Made by a program: the position numbers and the translations under genes
Shown here: piece after piece, positions 40,672 to 50,349 of the stretch
Layout: the number at the start of each line of letters is the position of its first letter
Numbering within the stretch: the first letter of the stretch is position 1
Notes under the pieces: model-generated
Databases searched by the model: none
Told to the model about the DNA's origin: nothing
What the model saw: only the letters and a program-made list of their open reading frames with translations
From: Candidatus Jorgensenbacteria bacterium GW2011_GWB1_50_10
GTDB lineage: Bacteria > Patescibacteriota > Minisyncoccia > UBA6257 > GWB1-50-10
DNA length: 64,000 nucleotides
Assembly (NCBI GenBank): GCA_001004105.1
Contig: LCQK01000001.1
Location: 102,928 to 166,927 of the forward strand
Direction of reading: 5' to 3'

Positions 40672-41373
40672 ATGAGTAATAATCCATTGCAAAAATTTAA
40701 TGATCTTCTGGAGAAGGTGGATTTAGTTGGTTATCGCAAGAGGTATCAACCAATCAAGATAGTAGAAATGGACTTACCCAAAGAAATTCAAGCAGTAAGC
40801 CTTCTCTACGAAATTTACTGGGATAAAAAGATGTTCGTCAATTTTGATGAATTTTACCGAATATATTTAAAGCTTTACAAGCATAAATTAGAAGAATTCA
40901 GGAAAAACAAAGCCTTTATGTGCAAAAACTGTTTTTATAGAGGCTTAGAGGCAAGGATTTATAGAACATGGGCGAGTATTATTACACAGATTCACGCAGC
41001 TTATGTTGCTGAATCAGTTTTTGTTAGTGGCACCGTTAGGATGTCAGAAGCCCTAGATCGAGCCGGCGCTGATTTCCAAGTCCAATATAAGAAAAAAACA
41101 TTAAATTATCAGGTTAAAAAAATCTCTTTTAGTAGAGAGGTTAGGAAAGAAAAACCTAAATCTAAGCAACCACTGGAAGGCGAATTTTTCGATATAACTT
41201 ACGACGTTCCTAGTGATAGCTATTTTAGAAATCCGAAGAGGAAAAACGGAAAATACAGATTGCCTTATTTAAGATTTAAAGAAAATAAAAATCTAAAACG
41301 ACTACCTAACGGCTTTGTTGTATTCACGCCGCTGATTTTTGAGGAAAAAAAGAAGGAGATAGATGCAATTTAG
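40672..41373 (+). CDS. TaqI-family type II restriction endonuclease
   Basis: YQPIKIVEMDLP, GLEARIYRT..SI.TQ.H, QVKK, NGFVVF match my recollection of R.TaqI motifs. Confidence 0.75.
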   Translation: MSNNPLQKFNDLLEKVDLVGYRKRYQPIKIVEMDLPKEIQAVSLLYEIYWDKKMFVNFDEFYRIYLKLYKHKLEEFRKNKAFMCKNCFYRGLEARIYRTWASIITQIHAAYVAESVFVSGTVRMSEALDRAGADFQVQYKKKTLNYQVKKISFSREVRKEKPKSKQPLEGEFFDITYDVPSDSYFRNPKRKNGKYRLPYLRFKENKNLKRLPNGFVVFTPLIFEEKKKEIDAI

Positions 41374-42896
41374 ATTAAATTTGGTGTTGTTTTAACTTTA
41401 TTAAGCCATTTTTCAGCCAAATTTACATAATCTGGGTTTATTTCGAAGCCAATGTAATTTTGGTCTAATTCTTTTACTGCCACACATTCTGAACCGCTGC
41501 CAACAAACGGTATTAATATAACTCCTTCTTTTTCGGGAGCAGATGATTTAATAAGTTTTCTTGTTAATTCAAGAGGTTTTTGGGTGGGGTGTTTTATTAC
41601 ATTGTGTTTTGAATGCTCTTGTAGTTTTTGCGGTTCAAAAACATCGTTACAGGTTTTACATAAAAACCATCTTTCAACCATTCCTGCGCCGCCGGCTAGT
41701 GCCGCCGTTTTTATGACGTCTCTCGGTAAAGCGCCATTCTTGTGGAATTTATAAATCGTTTCTTTGCCGTTTTTACTGAATCTTCCAGGCGTACCTTTTC
41801 TTATTTTTCCCGCGGCGCCATTTAAAAATCCCTCTGTATATGGTTCTCTCACCTCGTCTTTGTTGAAAATTGGCTTGTTTTTCCAAGCGCAAACTATGGC
41901 TTCATGGCTCCTTTGCCAAAAATTTAAAGAAGCCACGTTTTTGTTAGTGTAATGCCAAATTAGCCAACGCTTATTTATAGGTATTTCTACAGATAAATAA
42001 GCTAAAATTTCACTAAAACCGTAGATAAAAAGCGTTGCAGTTGGTTTCATAACTCTTACACTTTCATTTATCCAACTTTTGCACCAATTAACATATTCAT
42101 TTAATTCTCTCTTATCGGTATTATTGCCAAAATCTTTCCCGATGTTATAGGGTGGATCAACAATAATCACATCACAGCTGTTATCCGGTAACTTTCTTAA
42201 CTCTTCCACTGCATCCCCGCAGATAATTTGATTAAGAGGTAAACGCTTATATTTTCTATCTACAGTTGGGCGTTGTAGAGATATTTCCTGGAAACCCTTT
42301 TCCGGGCTCTTGATTACATCTAAGACAACCCCTTGTATTGCGAATTCCCTATTCTTTCTAACAATTATCGGTTCAAAGTTTTTATTTGCCGGTTGGAGGC
42401 GGATTTGATTTCTTTCCTTGTAAAAAGTTTTTAAAGTTGTCTCGTAGTTGTCTATTAGCGCCACGATTTTCTGACCATTCTCTGCAAACCCCTGTTGTTT
42501 GACTAATATAATATCTCCGTCGAGGATGTTTTCTTCAATCATGCTCTCACCAGCAACACGCAGGGCATAAACTTCTCCGTTTTTCGGGATTTTGGTCTGG
42601 GGGACAGCGATTGTTTCTTTTGTGCCTTCGTATGTCTCCACTGGCCGGCCGGCAGCGATAGTTCCAAGTAGCGGAATTTGGACCATTGGTTCTATTTCGC
42701 GTACGGAGAGAGAACGTGCCCGTCCCGGGAGTTTTTCTAGACGGCCGGCGCCGCGAAGGTTTTGAAGGTGTTCGTGAATGGTAGAAACTGACCTCCTAAA
42801 ATGGCGCGCCATCTCTTCTATAGAGGGTGGCACATCGTGTTTGGAGGAGTATTCCCTCATAAAGCGGATAATCTGTTCTTGACGTAGGGTTGGCAT
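41370..42896 (-). CDS. LexA repressor fused to an N4/N6 DNA methyltransferase
   Basis: LexA wHTH, IAAG cleavage site, GESM Ser, TLK Lys; then DPPY, HPTQKP, PFVGSG (beta order). Confidence 0.88.
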   Translation of the reverse strand: MPTLRQEQIIRFMREYSSKHDVPPSIEEMARHFRRSVSTIHEHLQNLRGAGRLEKLPGRARSLSVREIEPMVQIPLLGTIAAGRPVETYEGTKETIAVPQTKIPKNGEVYALRVAGESMIEENILDGDIILVKQQGFAENGQKIVALIDNYETTLKTFYKERNQIRLQPANKNFEPIIVRKNREFAIQGVVLDVIKSPEKGFQEISLQRPTVDRKYKRLPLNQIICGDAVEELRKLPDNSCDVIIVDPPYNIGKDFGNNTDKRELNEYVNWCKSWINESVRVMKPTATLFIYGFSEILAYLSVEIPINKRWLIWHYTNKNVASLNFWQRSHEAIVCAWKNKPIFNKDEVREPYTEGFLNGAAGKIRKGTPGRFSKNGKETIYKFHKNGALPRDVIKTAALAGGAGMVERWFLCKTCNDVFEPQKLQEHSKHNVIKHPTQKPLELTRKLIKSSAPEKEGVILIPFVGSGSECVAVKELDQNYIGFEINPDYVNLAEKWLNKVKTTPNLI

Positions 42897-42903
42897 ATTG
42901 ATT

Positions 42904-42935
42904 TTCGGGTTTTTTTCGGTTATAATTATTATAAC
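42904..42935. promoter_or_regulatory. Direct-repeat operator candidate plus overlapping divergent -10 boxes
   Basis: TTCGG-N6-TTCGG next to gttataat-t-attataac. Confidence 0.5.
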
Positions 42936-42999
42936 AATCCACTAAGCCCAAAATCACGGGGCACTGTGGATAAAAAGGTCGTAAAATTAAAGGAAAAAC

Positions 43000-43290
43000 A
43001 TGACTAAAAGAGGAAAAATCGGACAGGCTAGGCATGACGCAAAAGTTCAGCAACGTTTGGATCTTTATAAGGATAAAGGTTTTAGGGTTAAAGCTGATTT
43101 GCCGGGTCGAGCTAAACCTCAAAAAATTGGTGGTAGGATCCCCGATATTATAGCTAAAAAGGGTAAAAAGTTGGTTGTTGAAGAAGTCGAAACTCGCTCA
43201 ACCAAAGATACTGATAAAACACAGCAAGAAGCCCTTAGAAAAGGCACGAAGGAACGCGGTGGTACTTTCAAGGTAATTGTGGCTAAATAG
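43000..43290 (+). CDS. Small PD-(D/E)xK-like protein
   Basis: IPDIIA...EEVET. Confidence 0.65.
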   Translation: MTKRGKIGQARHDAKVQQRLDLYKDKGFRVKADLPGRAKPQKIGGRIPDIIAKKGKKLVVEEVETRSTKDTDKTQQEALRKGTKERGGTFKVIVAK

Positions 43291-43299
43291 TTATAAGAT

Positions 43300-43518
43300 A
43301 TGAATATTAAAACATGTATCGCCTGTGGCGGTATCATCATTTCGTTGTCAATATCTACTTGCGAAAAGTGTTTGCTGGCATTACCTCCTGACTTGCCGAG
43401 TGTTGATCATTCCACAACAACGTCAACCTCGACACGTACAATTTTCGTTTCCGGAGCTACTGGCTCAACCGCAGTTTCTATTTCAGCTACAACCACTCAA
43501 CCACCCAATCTCGGTTAA
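43300..43518 (+). CDS. Small hypothetical protein with CxxC pairs and Ser/Thr-rich tail
   Basis: CIAC...CEKC; operon spacing. Confidence 0.4.
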   Translation: MNIKTCIACGGIIISLSISTCEKCLLALPPDLPSVDHSTTTSTSTRTIFVSGATGSTAVSISATTTQPPNLG

Positions 43519-43558
43519 TAACTAACCCGCCGCGGTCCGGAGGAGTATAAATATAAAA

Positions 43559-44056
43559 ATGAACCCCGAATCAATGTTAAAAGGCCGGATGGCCGAAACG
43601 TTATTTGAAGAACTGATACGGCAGTCGGGGAATATTGTTTATCGTTTCGGATATGAAGCGATTGTTCAAAATTTGACGCAACTTGAAGAAAAATTTGACA
43701 GATATAGCGAGGTAGGTGAAAGAATCCGGGCTATTCCGGATTTTATTGTTATAGATAAAGCCGGCAAGCCGGAGTTTGTTGAGGTAAAATTCCGATGGAA
43801 GCCAGAACTTCACGAAGACGATTACAAAAAATTGGAAAAGATAGAAAAGTTATGGAGCCCAAAAATAGTTTTTGTAAACTGCTGGGAGCAGCCGTATTTC
43901 AGAATTTCAGAGCCACCTTATGTTAAAAACAAGAAACTAGTCACAAAAACCCTTTTAGATGAAAAGAATTGGAAAATTGATAAGGAACTTTATGATGAGT
44001 ACGAAAGTTTAGTTCATCGTTATTTAACGCCAACGCTTGTACCGCCAAAAAATTAG
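43559..44056 (+). CDS. PD-(D/E)xK nuclease-like protein
   Basis: G..AE, IPDFIV...FVEVK. Confidence 0.75.
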   Translation: MNPESMLKGRMAETLFEELIRQSGNIVYRFGYEAIVQNLTQLEEKFDRYSEVGERIRAIPDFIVIDKAGKPEFVEVKFRWKPELHEDDYKKLEKIEKLWSPKIVFVNCWEQPYFRISEPPYVKNKKLVTKTLLDEKNWKIDKELYDEYESLVHRYLTPTLVPPKN

Positions 44057-44123
44057 GAGAGTAGAGATTAGCTGATAGGTTGTAGATGATAGGTGATAGT
44101 TAACAATTAACGGCTGATGACAA
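44041..44123 (+). repeat. 83-bp perfect direct repeat (second copy 45390-45472; 23-bp partial copy 45977-45999)
   Basis: accgccaaaaaattaggagagtag...gatgacaa, includes degenerate heptamers (tagctga, tagatga, taggtga). Confidence 0.92.
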
Positions 44124-44231
44124 ATTAGGAGAATAGATTTATAGAATTGACAAGAGAAGTATTATAATTTAAAACTTTGACAGAACACCCAGGCTGAATA
44201 GCCATCACGTTTTCACTCGGAGGAAGCAGAC

Positions 44232-44906
44232 ATGACCACGCTGGAGATTAAAGGCAGTATCCCGGCTATTGTGACGAACAAGGACGGTCTTTACGACGGC
44301 GACCTCGTCGGCTACTTCCGGGCCGTCTTCAACCACGCCGAGAACCTCTGCAATCCGTACCACAACTTCCGGCACATGTGCCACGTGCTCTGGTTGTGCT
44401 ACGAGGCCAGCGTCTTCTACGTGGAGATGTCCTCGCGGGACATGCGCAACCTGCTCATCGCGGCTCTCTTCCACGACTTCGACCACACCGGCCGGAGCGA
44501 CCCTGATGCCGCAAACATCAAGAGGGCCATCGATGGTTTGCGGCGGCACTTGCTTCCCGAGGACAAGAGGGAGCTCGGCAAAATCGAAGCCATCATCCGG
44601 GCGACCGAGTTCCCCTACCGTGTCTCCTTGGAACGGCTGGACCTCCAGAGCCAGATCATCCGCGACGCAGACATGAGTCAGGCACTAACCGTGGCCTGGA
44701 TTCAGCAGGTCGTCTTCGGTCTTGCGACCGAGTGGAAGAGAACACCGCTCGAGGTTCTCCGGGCTCAGGATCCCTTCCACCGCAACCTCAAGCTCCACAC
44801 GGCATGGGCCAGGCAGATGTTCCCGCAGGCGGCGATCGAATCCAAGATCGCTGAGGCGAACGAGCTGGTCGAGCTCTTGAGCGGAGAGCCGGTGGCAGCA
44901 GCCTGA
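44232..44906 (+). CDS. HD-domain phosphohydrolase (PDEase-like)
   Basis: PYHNFRH, AALFHDFDH, IRDAD; GGAGG SD. Confidence 0.8.
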   Translation: MTTLEIKGSIPAIVTNKDGLYDGDLVGYFRAVFNHAENLCNPYHNFRHMCHVLWLCYEASVFYVEMSSRDMRNLLIAALFHDFDHTGRSDPDAANIKRAIDGLRRHLLPEDKRELGKIEAIIRATEFPYRVSLERLDLQSQIIRDADMSQALTVAWIQQVVFGLATEWKRTPLEVLRAQDPFHRNLKLHTAWARQMFPQAAIESKIAEANELVELLSGEPVAAA

Positions 44907-44999
44907 AACCGCAGGCTTCACAGCACAGCGGAGGGCGACCCACAAGTCGCCCTCTTTCTTTTTATAAAATCCCTTACGATTTTGAGGTAGAATAGATTT

Positions 45000-45368
45000 A
45001 TGGACTCCAAAAGGTTCAAGGAATTGGTGGCTAAGGGAATCAGCGAAATCCCGGCGCGGTTTTTGGAAAAATTGAAAAACGTGGCAATTTTGGTCGCGGA
45101 GGAGCCCTCCGCCGAACAACTCGAGAACTTAGGCATAAAAAGGGAAAGTGGCGACACTCTTCTCGGACTTTACGAGGGCGTCTCCAACCTCGAAGGCGGC
45201 CACACTCACCGCGGTTTCCCGGACCGGATCACCATTTTCCGCAAACCGGTCCTTGCCGAGGCCGCCGGGGAGGACGACGTGCCCCGCGTCGTTGCCGAAA
45301 CGGTTCGGCACGAGATCGCCCATCATTTCGGGATGGATGAGGAAGACATTGAACGCGCCCGAAAATAG
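45000..45368 (+). CDS. Minimal zincin metallopeptidase
   Basis: LLGLYEG, PDRITIFR, HEIAHHFG. Confidence 0.85.
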   Translation: MDSKRFKELVAKGISEIPARFLEKLKNVAILVAEEPSAEQLENLGIKRESGDTLLGLYEGVSNLEGGHTHRGFPDRITIFRKPVLAEAAGEDDVPRVVAETVRHEIAHHFGMDEEDIERARK

Positions 45369-45500
45369 TAGAATAAACCCATAACTAAAACCGCCAAAAA
45401 ATTAGGAGAGTAGAGATTAGCTGATAGGTTGTAGATGATAGGTGATAGTTAACAATTAACGGCTGATGACAAGTTGGAGTAAATAATATAGTATACAAAT

Positions 45501-45683
45501 ATGGTGAGAATTGCACAGGAAAAGAGCGATACGAGACTTCGGGCGGAAATGGCTCAAGTAGCAGCTGAGGTTCTTAAGGACCCCGATTTCGGAAGGAAAT
45601 TAAGCCCGGAGGCCAAAAAACGCCTTTTGTCTGTATCCGAAAAAGATTTATCAAAAGCCGTTTCTTTATCTGAAATTAAGTAA
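45501..45683 (+). CDS. Putative antitoxin
   Basis: Small ORF directly upstream of RelE-like toxin. Confidence 0.6.
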   Translation: MVRIAQEKSDTRLRAEMAQVAAEVLKDPDFGRKLSPEAKKRLLSVSEKDLSKAVSLSEIK

Positions 45684-45697
45684 ACCCCAGCCGTTTT

Positions 45698-45958
45698 ATG
45701 GATTGGGTTGTTAAGCTAACGGAAGACGCGCAGAAAGACCTCAACACCTTGGATGGTAAGGTGCGGGGGCGGATTTTGGAAAAGCTGAAATGGATTAGTG
45801 AAAACTTTGATGATATTACACCTCTACCTCTTACGGGGGAGTTTACGGGTTTTTATAAATTACGGGTAGGCGATTGGCGGGTATTTTACAAAGTTGATTG
45901 GGCGGCACATATTATTTTCGCTGTGTATATCGGGCATCGAGATTCTGCTTATAGATAG
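45698..45958 (+). CDS. RelE/ParE-family toxin
   Basis: YKLRVGDWRVFY, IGHR. Confidence 0.88.
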   Translation: MDWVVKLTEDAQKDLNTLDGKVRGRILEKLKWISENFDDITPLPLTGEFTGFYKLRVGDWRVFYKVDWAAHIIFAVYIGHRDSAYR

Positions 45959-46088
45959 TGTATAAATTTGCTAGTTCCGCCAAAAAATTAGGAGAGTAGC
46001 AGAATAGATTTTTAAAAATGGAACGAGCCCGTGAGGTAACTCCTCGCAGGCTCGTTTTGCTTCTCTGCTCTTCGAGCGGTCGTGTTCT

Positions 46089-46607
46089 TCAGTTGGGTCC
46101 GCCGAAACCGGTTGGCACGGCGTGGGCGTCCCAGAAGTGCTCGTTCGCCACCGTCCCGTGGGACATAATGACTTCAAACTCGCCCCAGATGGGATAGCCG
46201 CCGTCGCGCCAGCAGGGACTGGTCGTCGGCGACGGGCCGACCCAGACGATGCGGTAGTGCCACGTCTCGCCGGAACCATCGGGAACCTGGCCGTTCCACT
46301 GGTTATCGGTCCAGGCGTCGCAGTTCCAGTTTGCGCCGTGGAAGCGGGCTTCGTCCCAGGCGCGCGACCAGCTCATCTTGAGATGGTCGTTGCCGTAGGT
46401 CGGGTCGCCCCAGACCGTGCCGTCGAGATTCCGGTCGACGCCGTCAGCCGGGCCGACGAAGACGCGGGCACGGTAGTTGTAGCCGAACTCGTCAAAGCCG
46501 TTCGCTCCTGCGTGGCTGAAGTTCGGCGCTGCAGCGGGTTGGGGATCCTCCGGCAGCTCGCAAGCCAAGACAAAGGCAAGAAGCACCGGTACGATGATGC
46601 GTTTCAC
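46089..46607 (-). CDS. Hypothetical lipoprotein
   Basis: AGGAGG SD, lipobox LAC, Trp-rich; terminator at about 46022-46058. Confidence 0.7.
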   Translation of the reverse strand: MKRIIVPVLLAFVLACELPEDPQPAAAPNFSHAGANGFDEFGYNYRARVFVGPADGVDRNLDGTVWGDPTYGNDHLKMSWSRAWDEARFHGANWNCDAWTDNQWNGQVPDGSGETWHYRIVWVGPSPTTSPCWRDGGYPIWGEFEVIMSHGTVANEHFWDAHAVPTGFGGPN

Positions 46608-46761
46608 TCAACACCTCCTGAAAGAGGACCGGTTAAAGAATAAACAAAAGAGTTTATTTTGGCAATACCCCTGATGACCTCTTGACTCTTAGCGTCCTCT
46701 GCGCTTTTATATTTTTAGTCCTAATCAACTTCACTACACACTACCAGCGTGCGGAGGAGCC

Positions 46762-47109
46762 GTGTTCATCCTTTTTCTCACACTCGAAGGGCTCATTGCC
46801 CACGCGAATGAGCATCCGGAAAGGGAGTGGCTCGAGTGTTCACTCTTCTTCCTGGACTGCGAGCCGGGGAAACTCAAAGAGCACCAGCGGCTTGACGAAG
46901 CAATCCGGTACCTGGAGCGGAGGGGCCGCGTCTCCTGGAGGAGAGAAGTAAATCCCTTCGCCAACCACGACCTCTTGAACCAGCTGCTTAAAAGCAGCTT
47001 GCTCAGGCCCTTCAACGCCGGTCTCGCGGCGCGAGACGACCCGGAGTTCCTCAGAGAAGCGGTTCTCGCCGCAAACAACGGCAACCACCGCGTGGAAGTG
47101 GTGGTGTAG
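46762..47109 (+). CDS. Hypothetical cassette protein
   Basis: GGAGGAG SD, GTG start, terminator aggggcgac/gtcgcccct. Confidence 0.6.
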   Translation: MFILFLTLEGLIAHANEHPEREWLECSLFFLDCEPGKLKEHQRLDEAIRYLERRGRVSWRREVNPFANHDLLNQLLKSSLLRPFNAGLAARDDPEFLREAVLAANNGNHRVEVVV

Positions 47110-47188
47110 GCAAGTGCTGCAACATTGAGCGAGGGGCGACCACAGGTGTCGCCCCCTTTTAGTTTTATGATTCTTTATAATAAATTTA

Positions 47189-48415
47189 ATGAGAGCTAAC
47201 AGGAAAGCGTGGGTGGTGGCGGTGGAGATGGGTTACGGCCACTTAAGGGCGGCGAGACCGCTTGCGTCCTTAGCTTATCAGGGAAAGCTCACCACCGCCG
47301 ACCTCTATGACGGCATTCCCAAAAATGACCGTCTCATTTGGGAGGAATCAACGAAACTTTACCACGCTATTTCCCGTTTAGAGGAAAAAGGCGTGTTCGG
47401 TGCCTTAGCTTTTAAAATCTTTGATTATTTTCAGAGAGTGGATGATGTCGGAGGCGGAAAATCGAAACCGACTTTTCAGCTGAAACAGGGCTACAAATTA
47501 ATCAGAAAAGGCTGGGGGCGGGATTTGATTGAAAAATTGAACAAAAACCCGTTGCCGCTCATTGCGACTTTTTTCACCATCGGCCACATGGCCGAGTATT
47601 GGGGATACAGAGGGCCGGTTTACGTTCTCGTGACCGACGCCGACGTCTCTAGAGCCTGGGCGCCCATTAATCCGGCAACGAGCCGTCTTGTTTATCTTGC
47701 GCCGACCGCAAGGGCCAAAGAACGGCTTGCAAGTTACGGCGTAAACCCCAAAAACATTTTTATTACCGGTTTTCCGCTACCGCGGGAACTTTTGGGTCCG
47801 TCTTCAAAGACGGCAAAAAAGAATTTAGAGCGGCGGCTCAAGATCCTCGGAGAGCGGGGCGGCCGGCCGACAGCCGTCACTTTTGCGATTGGCGGTGCGG
47901 GTGCCCAGAGCAAAATCGGTTTGGAAATAATTGAAAGCTTGGCACCTTTAATCAGAAAAGGCGCAATATCGCTTTTTCTTATTGCCGGTACTCACTCTAA
48001 GCTCGCTTTGAAGTTTTACAACCAAGCGGAAAAATCCGGTCTTGGGGAATTTTTGAATAAAGGGATTTCCGTCATTCAAAACGAAACAAAGGAGGAATAT
48101 TTTAAGGTTTTCAATGAAACGCTCGCGAAAACCGACATTCTATGGACCAAGCCCTCGGAACTTTCGTTTTACGCCGGACTTGGTATTCCAATTATAATGG
48201 CGCCGCCCTTGGGCGCGCATGAGGAGAAAAATAGGGAGTGGCTCACGGAGGTCGGCGCCGGTGTCCCGGAAGAGGAGCCGCGGGAGGCCGGGCGGTGGCT
48301 GCCGGAGATGATTCGGAACGGCCGGCTCGCTGCGGCGGCAAGAGCCGGTTTTGAAAAAATTGAGAAAAACGGGGTGGAAAATATTTCGAAGATTGTTTTT
48401 AGCAAAAAAACATGA
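47189..48415 (+). CDS. GT-B glycosyltransferase-like protein (MGDG synthase-like)
   Basis: MGYGH, VTDAD, TGFPL, WTKPSEL, LGAHE..N. Confidence 0.65.
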   Translation: MRANRKAWVVAVEMGYGHLRAARPLASLAYQGKLTTADLYDGIPKNDRLIWEESTKLYHAISRLEEKGVFGALAFKIFDYFQRVDDVGGGKSKPTFQLKQGYKLIRKGWGRDLIEKLNKNPLPLIATFFTIGHMAEYWGYRGPVYVLVTDADVSRAWAPINPATSRLVYLAPTARAKERLASYGVNPKNIFITGFPLPRELLGPSSKTAKKNLERRLKILGERGGRPTAVTFAIGGAGAQSKIGLEIIESLAPLIRKGAISLFLIAGTHSKLALKFYNQAEKSGLGEFLNKGISVIQNETKEEYFKVFNETLAKTDILWTKPSELSFYAGLGIPIIMAPPLGAHEEKNREWLTEVGAGVPEEEPREAGRWLPEMIRNGRLAAAARAGFEKIEKNGVENISKIVFSKKT

Positions 48416-49335
48416 ATTGGCTCTGGATAACAATAATCGCTTACGCCATTTTAGGCCTCGTTTCCGTCGTTGACCGGTATCTTCTCTCCGGGCCCTTACC
48501 AAATCCGCGGGCTTACACTTTCTATGTCGGCTCGCTCGGCATGCTTGTTTTTCTCCTTACGCCATTTTTCGGGCTGGAAAATCTTCCGCTAAATCTTTTG
48601 GGCGTTGCTTTCCTTTCCGGATTTCTCTTCGTCGCCGCTCTTTTCTTCCTTTACTCCGGTCTCAATAAATTCGAGGCCTCCCGGGTGGTGCCGGCTATGG
48701 GCGGACTCGTACCGATTTTCACGCTGCTTTTCAGTTTCTTTATTTTACGGGGAGGCGCCGTCGTCGGCTGGGATTGGCTTGCCTTCGTTTTCCTCATTTC
48801 GGGAAGCATCGCTATAACCATAGAAAGAGGCAAGAAGATAACCTTGCCAAGCTTGAAGTTTGCCGCCGGAGCGGCACTATTCTTCGCCCTTTCTTTCGTT
48901 TTTGCCAAGTATGTTTATCTTGCCGCCTCGTTCTGGTCGCCTTTTGTCTGGATGCGGGTCGGCGGATTCATTTTTGCGGCCGGTATTTTCGTCTTTTCGG
49001 CGGACTTGCGCCGGATGCTCTTTACCAAAAAGATAAGAGAGCCCAAAGAGAGAAAAAAGACCACGGCTGTTTTTTTAGGCAATCAGGTATTGGGCGCCGG
49101 CGGGAGCGTCCTCCAGAGCTTCGCCATTTTTCTTGCGCCGGCGCTCTACGTGGCTTTCGTGAACGCGCTTGAAGGATTGATTTATGTTTTTGTTCTCATC
49201 TACACCGCCGCAATTTCCATTTTCTTTCCGCATTTAATTGAAGAGATTTTCACCAAAAAAACAGCTTTTCAGAAAGCGGCTGCAACAGTTCTAATCCTTG
49301 TAGGGATAATGATTCTATCTTTGGCCGGCCGATGA
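48412..49335 (+). CDS. DMT/EamA-like membrane transporter
   Basis: About 10 TM segments in two repeats. Confidence 0.7.
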   Translation: MNWLWITIIAYAILGLVSVVDRYLLSGPLPNPRAYTFYVGSLGMLVFLLTPFFGLENLPLNLLGVAFLSGFLFVAALFFLYSGLNKFEASRVVPAMGGLVPIFTLLFSFFILRGGAVVGWDWLAFVFLISGSIAITIERGKKITLPSLKFAAGAALFFALSFVFAKYVYLAASFWSPFVWMRVGGFIFAAGIFVFSADLRRMLFTKKIREPKERKKTTAVFLGNQVLGAGGSVLQSFAIFLAPALYVAFVNALEGLIYVFVLIYTAAISIFFPHLIEEIFTKKTAFQKAAATVLILVGIMILSLAGR

Positions 49336-50330
49336 GAATTTTTCAAAAAATCATTAAGTACGCCGCCTTTCTTTTAGCGGCGACCATTGTCCTTTCGTTT
49401 ATTTTCTTTTTCGTGGGGAAGAGCCGGCCGGCCGCCGATATCCGCTGGGGAGTGAATTTTTCCTACTCTCATGCGGAGGAGCTGGGTTTGGATTGGCAGG
49501 AAACATACCTCACGTTCCTTGACGAACTTGGCGTAAAGCGCTTCAAGCTCATTACCCAGTGGGATCTTTTGGAGCCGAGCCCCGGTAAATTTGATTTTGA
49601 AGCCGTTGACTGGCAATTAAGAGAAGCGGAGAAGCGGGGAGCGAGGGCGTTTTTGGTGCTCGGGATGAAAACGCCGCGTTATCCGGAATGCCACATCCCT
49701 GGCTGGGCCGCGAATTTTTCCCAAAAAGAAAGAGAGGCGGCGGTTTTGAATTTCCTTGAAGCGAGCATCAAACATTTCAAAGAAACGCCCACGATTTGGG
49801 CTTGGCAAATTGAGAACGAACCGCTTTTTCCCTTCGGCGAATGTCCGGAAATGAGAAAAGAGTTTTGGCGGGAGGAAATCAATTTAGTGAAATCGCTTGA
49901 CCCGGCACGGCCAGTCATAGCAACCGACAGCGGCGAGTGGTCGCTTTGGTTCCAAGCTGCCCGCGTGGGCGACATCGTCGGCACCACGCTTTATCGCAAG
50001 GTTTGGTTCAAGGAACTGGATATCTATACGCCGTACCCGCTGCCGCCGGTTTTCTACGGCAGAAAAGCGTGGCTTGTGAAATTTCTTTTCGGAAAAGACG
50101 TGATTAACGTTGAACTCCAAGCCGAGCCGTGGGGGCCGACACTGCTCTATGATCTGCCGCTTGAAGAGCAGGATAAGACAATGAATTTGGAAAGATTTAA
50201 AAAAATCATAAGCTACGCGAAGAACACCGGCATGTCAGAGTTTTATTTTTGGGGCGCCGAATGGTGGCATTGGCTAAAGGAAGCAGATAACAACTCCGCC
50301 ATCTGGGAAGAAGCAAAGAAACTTTTTTAG
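49332..50330 (+). CDS. Membrane-anchored clan GH-A glycoside hydrolase
   Basis: W..LEP..G.FDF, WQIENEP acid/base, ELQAEPW. Confidence 0.75.
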   Translation: MRIFQKIIKYAAFLLAATIVLSFIFFFVGKSRPAADIRWGVNFSYSHAEELGLDWQETYLTFLDELGVKRFKLITQWDLLEPSPGKFDFEAVDWQLREAEKRGARAFLVLGMKTPRYPECHIPGWAANFSQKEREAAVLNFLEASIKHFKETPTIWAWQIENEPLFPFGECPEMRKEFWREEINLVKSLDPARPVIATDSGEWSLWFQAARVGDIVGTTLYRKVWFKELDIYTPYPLPPVFYGRKAWLVKFLFGKDVINVELQAEPWGPTLLYDLPLEEQDKTMNLERFKKIISYAKNTGMSEFYFWGAEWWHWLKEADNNSAIWEEAKKLF

Positions 50331-50349
50331 CCGTGTTATCATTAAAGAA

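Noticed and set aside
37425-46010. Direct repeats as a CRISPR array
   Set aside because: Spacing is hundreds to thousands of bp with whole genes between copies; no cas genes.
34175-47160. Prophage or ICE integrated at tRNA-Ala
   Set aside because: No integrase, structural or conjugation genes, and no duplicated tRNA 3' end seen.
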